Shown: piece after piece, positions 54,539 to 64,000 of the stretch
How the letters are laid out: each line of letters opens with the position of its first letter
How positions within the stretch are numbered: position 1 is the stretch's first letter
Assembly (NCBI GenBank): GCA_965202585.1
Contig: OZ241830.1
Location: forward strand, 38,006,001-38,070,000
Length of the DNA stretch: 64,000 nucleotides
Source: Thalia democratica
Taxonomy: Eukaryota
Reading direction: 5' to 3'
Notes under the pieces: generated by a model
Databases searched by the model: none
What the model was told of the DNA's origin: nothing
What the model saw: the letters and a program-made list of their open reading frames with translations, nothing else
Made by a program: the position numbers and the translations under genes

Positions 54539-57501
54539 TTGAATGTTTGATATAATAAAGTTAAGGCTGTTTTGTAAAAATTAAAGTTTCAAAATAGTGT
54601 CGACCACCTTCTATGGTAGAATTATGTAAATAGATTGATAAGAATTACATGAAATCTTTGTGTATTTACTGTATAAGTTTAGCAATTTTATAGAAATATT
54701 TTATAGTATTTATTAAAGTTTTTATTAGAAAACAAAAATAATAATAACGCCTAAATCAATATAGAGTTTAAAGAAATAACAAGTAAGATAACACCATCAA
54801 CAAAATAATTTATTCAAACAGTTGTTTCAATTTAAAAAACTTTTAGATATCTTTTCATAAAACAAACTAATTTAAAAAAAGTAAATTCTATGTATAAATT
54901 TTCATAAAACAAAGTTTTAAACTAAGAAAAAATACTTGTTTATGTAACAATAATTTTTTCAACTAATGCTTGCAAAAATATATGTTTAAGAAACATTTTA
55001 GTGCAAAACTCAATTTAATTTGACATTTAAAAATGATATATAAACTTTGTTGCTCTGTAATGTATATACATAAAAGTCTTATTAATACTTCAAAAATATA
55101 AAACTTAAACATTTTCTTAATGTTTAATACATACTTTTGAAAGCATTAAACTTCACAAATATTATTTATTATTGCTTTGATTTTATAGTTTATTAAACAA
55201 GAACCTTCAGAAGAAACAGCCTTCTTAAAAGCAAACGTCCTTAAAAGGAAAATTGTGCTCACTACACGTTACTAAGCTTAAACTTTTATCAAAAGTAAGT
55301 ATACTTTTAAATATTTTTTTTTTAGAAAAGCATACTGGCCTAGAATAAAATACTTACTTTAAGTTAACATATAGGTATTTCATTGTAAGCATATTTATTT
55401 ATTAAACTTAAAAATGATCTTATAGCCCATACTTGAAAAAAATTGACTGAGAATGTTTAAACTTTGATCACTAAAGGCAGTGATTGAAAAATAAATTAAC
55501 TTGTCAAAACAACTACTGCTGTAGTCAATTTATATATTTATCTTAATGCTAAACAAAACAATTTAACTAACTAAATTAAACAAAACCGACTAACTAGCTA
55601 AAATTTTGTTAGAATTCTTGTAATAAGGTTAATTCACTACAAAAGAAAAGTTATAAAATTATCTAGTTTACTACACAAGTGAAGTACTTTTAATTAAGTA
55701 AGAAATACATTTAATGAACTTTCTATATACTAAAGTTAGTGTGATTTTTACTTATCGAACTTTACCTTTCTAACTCGTGATATAATTAACAAAAGTGCAA
55801 GTAACAGATTTTAAATGAGAGAAATTCACAAATATGAGAGATCTAACCTCATGGAATTTTTAGTGTTTTGTCTATTTTCATGTCGCAATATTATTAGTAT
55901 TATAAATGATTAGATTTAAAAAAATATGCAATATATAAGATGTAGTAGACTAAATTTTGTAAACATGTTGTTGTCACTATTTTTTGGTAATTTTTTTCAA
56001 TAGGTACTAAGTTCAAATGCAAAAATGTGATAAATATTTTTACGTTACGTTGTACAGAATTGTATAATAGTCGACTAACAACTAATTCATCTAGATAAAT
56101 TTTAATATTTAAAACAGTCAAAAAAGTAAAAGTATAACCATACAGTTTTTAATCAGATGTTAAAATTGCCACAAAAAATTTAAACTTTTGGGCAACTCAA
56201 TTCTTCGACGTTTTATTTTCAATTTTAAAGATTTTTAGTTCTGTATACAACTGACTACAACATGCATATAAATGTTTATTATTTGTCTGTAAATTTGTAT
56301 ATCTTAGTAGTATTCAACTAGGTGTAAATATAAACTGGCTTGTTTATATTGATACTTATTACTCAACTAAAGTTTTTTACTCAAACGATTAACGAAGAAG
56401 CTTTATCAAAAGAACAAAAGTATAGAAATATGAAAAATACAAAAATGAATATTTTTTTATACGCAAGCTTTTTCTTAGACTTACGACTTCTAAGTAATTA
56501 AATTTTCGATGGGCTTTGCTTGTTTAGATTTAAAGCATTTAATGCCCTGCTACGTAATATATGATAGAACAAACGTATAAGTGATATAAAATAAAGGTAA
56601 ATATATGTTGTTCATTATTTAAAATTCTTTAGTTTAAAATAAATATTTTAGCGGTTAAATTAGAGTTAAAATAATTTATAACTAGAGACTCATAACATTA
56701 ATACAAATAACAATACTGACAAGGTTTAAAAAACTTAGCTTTCAATATTTTTTTGATTTACTTCAGTGTTTTCAATTTTATTTAAAAATGCTGAGTCTAT
56801 GAAAATGTTTAGTATATTTTAAGAGAAGCAAACATTTTGGTAATTTTTTTTATTTTTGTCGTTAATGAGTAAAATAAACTCTAGTTATAAATATGAGTTG
56901 AAATTTAAAATAAGAAATTGAGTTAAAAATGCTTTAGTTATCTTAGATAACTTTAAACACTAAAAAATATATTTGTTAAATTAAGTTTAGTAACTTAATG
57001 ATACTATAAATAAACTACTAAAATATTCGTTATGGTTTAAGGAAGTAAGTCAGTTAACGTAGTATGAAAACTTTTTAAATTATATAAACTTCTAAATAGA
57101 ATAAAAAAAAATTAATTATTGATGTAACTATAGAAAGAAAGTAGAAACTTAGAGAAAACTAAATCAAAAACTTTAGTACTTTTAAATATTATTTTACGTT
57201 CTCATGAATTGGTTTTAAACATTTTACATACACACTATTAAGACAAGTAATTGCTTTTATTTTCTGTGATCTCTGATCTTCTGATTAAAAATTAACAAGT
57301 TTACTTGTAGTGGTCTTAAATTTATAACTTAAGTCTAATTTAACTATAGTTAAAAAAACTACATGTAGTTTATACTGTTTTTGGAATAATTAGAATTGTT
57401 TCAAATTTAAGTTTTACAATTTTACCACGGTAACTACAATTAGAATATACTTTTAGTTTGCTTAAGATATTTTATTTACTTTTCCTAACTAAATTTTAGA
57501 A

Positions 57502-57776
57502 CAAGGGTCCGCTGACATTCTATTAGTATAGTTTAAAAAAAAACAAATTTTAAACAAATGCATGAAATTACACTATTAAATTCATAATTAGTAAATACTA
57601 GTGCTTCATCAGTGCATAATTCACCACATTTTTGGTTTAACGTAGTATTTTTTATTGATTACTACAACTATTTTAAATAACTCTGATCTGAGAAAGACTT
57701 TTTATATGATGTGCTGCCAGCGAAAAATTAATCAAGTGAAATAGGCCCGTTACTTGTACAAGTCTGCGGACCCCCC
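57502..57776. mobile_element. Degenerate hAT-like MITE
   Basis: gggtccgctgac near 57505 pairs with gtctgcggaccc near 57762 (11 of 12 match). No TSD found. Confidence 0.5.
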
Positions 57777-58226
57777 TACTTTAAGTTGTAGTTAAAAAAC
57801 TAAAATGTAAACAATAATTTAAAAACATCTTTTTTTTTTTCTGCATTTTTTAATTTTAATTTTTGTTTTTATATATAAACTAAAATTAACAGAGCTTTAA
57901 ATTAGATCAACTATTTTTAAAACATTATAAAACTTATATTGACAATCAACGTAATGATATTGTAAAAATATTTATTAAATTGTAAATTCTAAACAAATTA
58001 AAACTACTGTATTTGTTAATAAATATATTGCTTTCAAAAAAATGCAAGTACAGAAGACAATTAGTTTTTAAATAAATTGATAATATGCAATAAAATAAAG
58101 TAGTCAAAAGAAATTGCCATAAATAGACAACAGTAAAAAACAAATTTCAAAACGTTTTAATAGTTGATTATATATAATTAACAGTTGTAACAAATGATTT
58201 ATGAAATAGAAAGTAATGAAGTAAAA

Positions 58227-58733
58227 TCATTTATGAAATTTTTTACTTAGTTTCTCTTTGGCGCGCTTTTCATACATTTCCCGGTCATTTGTGTACAAAA
58301 TGGCCGCTTGCAGGTTCACCACGAGACCAGGGTCCAAATCGGGGTTCCGCATCACCGACTCCAGCCTCTAAAATACGTCACTTATGTTCAACCCCTTCTC
58401 CCACCCGGACCCCAGATAATCAAGCCCGATCTTGCCGTGGGGGGCGTCCTCCACACAGGGGTCGTCCGACAAAATGTTGGGGTGGAATATGTACGTGTTC
58501 ATGCACAGCAATGGCGGGTTGCTAGGGTAGTCGATGGGAAAGTGGACTCTGATCAAGTACTTCTTCTCAAAGTAGGGACTTCCCTCGGGTCCGGTGACCG
58601 CGACCTCCCACCAGAAGAGGTTGACTTCCGACTTGATCTTGGTTTTGAGGATGCCGCGAGAGGCGAGATTTTTCATCTCTTTTCTTATCCTTACAGCGGT
58701 ACTTTCCGTGATGTTCTCAGTTGGAAACGACAT
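58227..58733 (-). pseudogene. Second intronless Cys-less E2 paralogue with an in-frame TAG at codon 122 (nonsense allele, readthrough or base error)
   Basis: GPEGSPY, FPIDYPSNPP, IFHPNI, GKIGLDYL, then SDVF*RLESVMRNPDLDPGLVVNLQAAILYTNDREMYEKRAKEKLSKKFHK*. TAG at 58370-58368; the frame continues to TGA at 58229-58227. Confidence 0.75.
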
Positions 58734-61700
58734 TTTAGGTGCTATTGTGCTGAAAAATGACTGTGTGAATTAATTGAAATCAACTTTTTTGTAATAATTG
58801 TAAAATATCTACGCTTACTTGTAGTAAGTACTAAAACTTACAAAGTAGACTATTACAAAACTAAAAGACCTTGAATATAAGTTTATTAAAATGTATATAT
58901 TCCGTTTTTTTACATCATATAAAAAACGTAGAATATATTTGAAATCAAGTTTTATATAAAAAATAACCTGCAAAACTTTAAAAACACGAAAAATTTGCTT
59001 CGTTCAATGTGTTGAAGTTAAACCCGATTTTTTTAATAATTAAATTAAAAAAAAATAAAAAATTCAAACACAATTTTACTTTGTTAAGTTTTTTACTCTA
59101 GAAATATAAAAAATGAAAAATAAAAATGTCATTTTCTAAACTGCAAAGTACTTAAGTAAGAAATACCTGTTAAACTTATGTTTTTGGTAGTTTAGAATTT
59201 TTACTTGTTAAATTTTGTTTTAGTTTTAGTTTCATTATTTGCGTTAATAATAAATTTTTTTATAGAAAAACGTAAAAAACAAAATACGACTTTTTGAATC
59301 TGAAGTAATTAGATACAGACAATAAAAAAGTTTCTTATCTTTACTTTGACTAAAATATTTCATTATAAATATATACTATAACGAAACTTAAAGAAACAAG
59401 TTTACCAAAACCAAACATTTAAACCACAAAAAGTTACTATGTGTACAAACTTTCTTTGACAATAGACAAATGAAAATAATTTTTACTAAACAGTTTAATT
59501 TTTATAAGTTGATTATATGAAATAATTTAGACAAATAAACATTTTTCTGTTAACACAAACTTAAGCATAACTACTTTTTATATAATAATAACATTTTCAT
59601 TAGGATCAGAAAATAAAATATTTGGTACGCTAAGTTTTGTAAACTTACTAACAATGACAAAATAGATAATTAAATATTTTTTAAGCAACTTTCTTCCAAA
59701 TAAAAGTACTTTTTAAGAAATTAAGAAGCCATAAAAACGTTTAAGTGCTTTCAAATTTTAATAGTTGAGTTTTTTTGTACTAACTCGGCTTACTCCAAAG
59801 TCTAACTGATATAAGCTTAACTTAGTAAACAGAACAATTGAAAAACAGTTTATATAGTTTTGTTTCTAAATTTGTTTTTAATTAAAATTTTTTGAACTTT
59901 GATTTTTGATTTAAACATATAAAAACTAAATAAACAACAAACTAAAGCTTTTGAATGTGTTTATAGCCAATAAGCCATGAACATGAAAATTAAAAAGTAA
60001 TTTATTCAAACAAGTCCCGAAAACAACTAATTTTGTTTAAAACCATTGCAAGTAATTACTTAGTTTTCTAGAGTAAACATGTTTTGTTTTTAAACTACTA
60101 TTGACTAACGTTTTATAAAAAATGCAGAAATTTTTTTATCACTAACTTTTTTTAATTGTATGAAAGAACGGAACAATATATAGTTTATAATTTTTTAAAT
60201 GTTAAAATGTTAAGTAATTTTGATTCAACAAATTTAACATTACACACTTCAAAAAGGTTTTTGCTAAAAAATAAAATCATCACTGACATTATTTAAAACT
60301 TATGCAAAAATAATATCTAAGTTTCTATCTTGATTAAAATTTAACTGGTTAGGAATTTTGATTGAAATAATTTTTAACTCTGAAAAAAATTACCGATTAA
60401 AATTAAAACTCCTTAAATTTTCACAAAAAACTTATGCGATTTCAAAATATTCTTTTATTTGCTGTTGTCACGTTTTCTATCTCTATGTGTATGAAATATA
60501 TTTCTTGCAGCATTTACAACAATAAACAGCAAATAAGTTAGTAAAGTTTAAAAAAAAGCTAACTAGAACAAAATAACTAAAGCAACAAATTTTTTCATTA
60601 AATTTATTTATTAATTGACAATTTAAAACTAATTGTTATAGTATTACTAGTCTCTAGTAACTATTTTTAAATAAAAAGTTTTATCAAAAACAGAGTATTC
60701 AAACAAAACTGCTAAAGCTTTTGAAATTACTTCACTTAAAATATCAAAATATGCATCGAGGTTACGAACAAACTTTATTTTTACTTTTAAGTATTCGTTA
60801 AGTACTCGAAACTATGTTAAGTTTTCAAAATTATTTTTTTTGACCTTCAAGGTTTTCCATTGGTTTTTAAACGTAATTACTTATTAAGTTTTGTTATTTT
60901 GTGGAAAAATTTGTTAAAGGTTTTATATAATTACGTAAAATTTTAAGCTAAAGTTTTTATTTATTTACTTTATTTATGTAAAACTTATGCTTATGTATGC
61001 TGTTTAAGAAATTCATCAAAATTTACTTTTTTAGTTGTTTGTTTGTGAAAATTCATTTAGTCAAATATCATTGTTTGTAAACGTATAAACTACTTACTTT
61101 ATGCTTACTTTAAAACAAAAACCCTATCATATGTAGGTTATTTGTTAATATTTTTATACTTCTAAAGTAACTTACTATAATTTATTTATTAAAAGAGACT
61201 TTATTGTTACAGTATTAAGTAAAGTAAAAAATGCAAAAATTATGTAACTGTTATAATTATAAGAAAGTAAATTTGGTTTTTAACTTATTACAAAATGTAA
61301 AATGATTTTAAAGTTTAGTATTTTTTTGTTTTCCAATCAGTTTATGCGTTCTCCATGAATGTAAAACTGAAATAAAAATTACATTAGTCAACTAACTGCA
61401 AGTCAACCTTAGTCAACTAATTTTTGTTGTTATAACAAAAGTTCCAAACGATACAAGTTTGTTGGCATGACGTAGAACCATCAAAGATCTCGTCTACTAC
61501 GTTCTTTTTGTAACAAAAAAAAATATTAAAAATATTTTTTTTTGTATATCTGCGAACTACGGTTTTATAAGTTATGATTAGTAAACTACATACTTTTTAT
61601 AACTTAGCTGTTTCTTATGAAATTAGTCATTTAACTTGAAGATGATTAATGTTTTGATAGCAAACTAATACTTGAGTGTTTTTATGAAGAACTTTTTTTC

Positions 61701-62386
61701 AGTGTTATTTTGTAAATTTGTATACATTGACTGTTTAAAAAACACAAATAAAGCTTTAAAATATTTTTTTTAGTTTTCAAAGTTTGATTAAAATAATTAC
61801 AATGAATAGAAAAAACACGTAACTAAATATATAAAACCAATAATCAAATACTTAATCTATGTTCAACATCTATTAAGTAGTATTGTTTTAATTAAAAAAA
61901 ATATTAAGGTTTTCTGAGTAAAAGTTTATTTAAAACACTTTGAAAAACACATCAAAACAGATTATTTTTCATAACTGTCAATCTAAAACACAACAGTTAA
62001 CAAACAATAAGTATAAAAGAGTCAAATAGGATAAAATATTTTTTTTTGCAACAAAATTGATAAATATAGATAAAATATAGGAATTATAGTTAAATATAAA
62101 TTAGTACCGCATACACAATACAACTAAAAATTAAACTTACAAGGATTCAAAATTAGTATTAATCTTAAACTTCTTATTTATGAAAAGCTGTTTAAAGCTA
62201 ATAAGGTGAAACTGATACTTTTAAAACGCACACTTACTTGTTACTTCTATATATTAATACTAAAACTATTGTTTTTTAGCGTATTGTTACAAGACAGAAT
62301 AAATCAATGATTTAGTGACATAAACACGCAAAAAAAATCGTTTGAAAACAAATTAAAACAATGTAAAAGTAAATTACTAAAAATTT

Positions 62387-64000
62387 CTAATCCATTTTCA
62401 ATACAGTAGTTTGTACAGAAATCGTTGGATTTTCGATGTCTCTTTTGCTTTGTACGATTCTTAGATCAATGTCAGCAACTTTTGGTGGTTCTCCATTTTG
62501 TTTTTGCGCTATTTAATTAAAATCAGAAAAATTAAAAAGCTTTAAAAGTTTTAAATAAACTAAAAACTTTTATTTTTTTTGCTATTAAAAAAAGTCCTCA
62601 TGGTTTTGTTTTGACAACAAATAATTTTTAAGTAGTTAGCTTTTAGCACAAATAGATGTAATACAATATACCTTTTGTCTAAATCTTGCTGACTTCGTTC
62701 GTCGAAAAATGTGTCTTTTTAGTTAGCTTTTTATAGAAAAAAACTTTCATGCCGTTTTTAAAAATACATATTTTTCGTAAAAATTTATTTCGCAGTAAAA
62801 AATAATAATTCAAGTCGTTTGTAAATATGCACACTTTTTGAAAAAAAATATTTTGCAGTATATTATCAATCATAATACTATTAACAATTTAATTAATATC
62901 TTTAAACTATCTTTAGCACGGTTTCAAAAACACCGTATAAATTTTAAAGAAAATAATAAGTTTTGAAATTGAAAGTGATAGAATGAGCTTACCGTCTTAT
63001 ATTAAGTACTAAACATTGTTAACACAATCACTACGCTTTGGTTAAACTTTGTTGTGAACCATAAAAACATAAAAAACGTTGTCACTTTTATAACAACATG
63101 CTAACATTTGGACGAAAAACGACTTTCCTAAACATTGCTTAGCTTCAATTGAGTATTTATGAAGATGTTATAAAAACTTTCAGCAAAATTAAATGTGTAA
63201 ACTAGCAAAATATAAACTACGTCTTATATTGTATGTAAGAAAAAAAAATCAAAGCATAAAAAGACTGTTTAATTTGTACATTTAAACCTACTTAATATTT
63301 CTTGACCTGTTGAAACATCTTGTAAAACATAATAACTTACAAATTAACTTCAAATTTTAAAAGTATGAGGAACCTAAATATACTGTTGATTCCCAAATAC
63401 TTAACTAGTAAACCTGCTCAATCAACACTTACTATGTAATTTTGACCAGAGTTTCTTAAAGTGGCTTATATGGCTACCTTTGAGGCATCTTAGTAAGTCA
63501 AGGGGTGAAAAGCTAGAAAGGTGTAATTATTAAAGGGGCCGTAAGAAGTACTTGGTGCTTTTAAGAAAAAGTCCGAATAATATTCTTCTACTAAATATTC
63601 TGAGGATTGTATTGAAGAGCAAAAAAAAGAGGTTTTAGGTACATTTCAAAAGATTTATTTTTTAATTTGATATTCTGAGCTTTGTAGCAACAAAAAAAGT
63701 TTCAAAAACAATTTAAGGAAGATTTGAAACTTACACTGGATATTTCGGGATTTGTAATGAGTAAGAACGTTCATTTTGTATTTTGTGTAATAGGAGCGTT
63801 TATGAAATTGAGTTTGGGAAACTGTGACTTAAACATTGTTAAATTCGTAGCTCAAACAAACTATTGCAGTAAAACCAACCTTCTACTGCGGCCTGAGTTG
63901 TTTTTAGGATGTGCTGCATTGTTGATGCCACCTTTTCCATGGATAGTAGCAAGTCTTGTGGATGTCTGGATGTCCAGGCAAGCAACAGGGAAGCAAAAGC
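62387..64000 (-). CDS. PDXK: Pyridoxal kinase, last two exons (gene continues beyond the window)
   Basis: Exon 64000-63880 (AFASLLLAWTSRHPQDLLLSMEKVASTMQHILKTTQAAVE) splices in phase 1 to exon 62508-62387 (AQKQNGEPPKVADIDLRIVQSKRDIENPTISVQTTVLKMD*). This matches the recalled PDXK C-terminus FAAMLLAWT.KHP..LRMVQSKRDIEDP..VQATVL. Absent from the ORF track. Confidence 0.92.
63447..63826 (+). mobile_element. Degenerate hAT-like MITE (CAGGGTTT family) in the last PDXK intron
   Basis: Starts cagagtttc, ends gggaaactgtg, and contains aagatttgaaacttacact shared with 24370-24556. Confidence 0.55.

Noticed and set aside
58368-58370. Genome-wide reassignment of TAG to an amino acid
   Set aside because: PDXK and the oxidase end in TAG at the expected positions, and none of the other modelled coding exons contains an in-frame TAG.
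5507-58760. Antisense or alternative-frame ORFs over real exons (5507-5743, 6306-6566, 13458-13640, 18766-18981, 32296-32496, 32408-32623, 31867-32106, 44346-44603, 44896-45081, 45149-45331, 54119-54388, 54141-54353, 58289-58525, 58308-58760)
   Set aside because: Shadows of GC-richer coding exons, which have few stops in other frames. No recognisable motifs.
8722-62873. Short AT-rich ORFs (8722, 9996, 10479, 13259, 22868, 23927, 28308, 31386, 38253, 39462, 51630, 55900, 57946, 62679)
   Set aside because: F/L/I/K/N-biased chance ORFs, often with TTG/GTG starts, several inside MITEs or introns.

Overview
Very AT-rich eukaryotic (animal) genomic DNA with GT-AG introns. No prokaryotic features, rRNA, tRNA or CRISPR were seen. 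Hand-splicing gives six intron-containing genes with consistent exon phases, most of them only partly visible in the ORF track: (1) a 14-exon amino-acid transporter (3181-13727, +); (2) a 5-exon, 261-aa divergent Myomaker/TMEM8-like membrane protein (17090-18985, +); (3) a 3-exon CK1-group kinase (31762-33014, -); (4) a 7-exon flavin polyamine-oxidase-like gene (43766-46120, +); (5) a 3-exon orphan gene (48295-49753, -); (6) the last two exons of pyridoxal kinase (62387-64000, -). Two intronless, GC-rich ubiquitin-conjugating (E2) paralogues lie in tandem (54059-54538 and 58227-58733, -). Both have Gly in place of the catalytic Cys, and the second has an in-frame TAG. Intergenic and intronic DNA holds L2/CR1-type LINE and Penelope-like remnants, a Foldback/Mutator-like element with modular repeat arms and a 9-bp TSD, and pogo-like and hAT-like MITEs. 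A Myomaker-like gene in an AT-rich non-vertebrate-looking genome suggests a tunicate, but this is inference only. All gene models come from reading the sequence by eye and have no transcript support.
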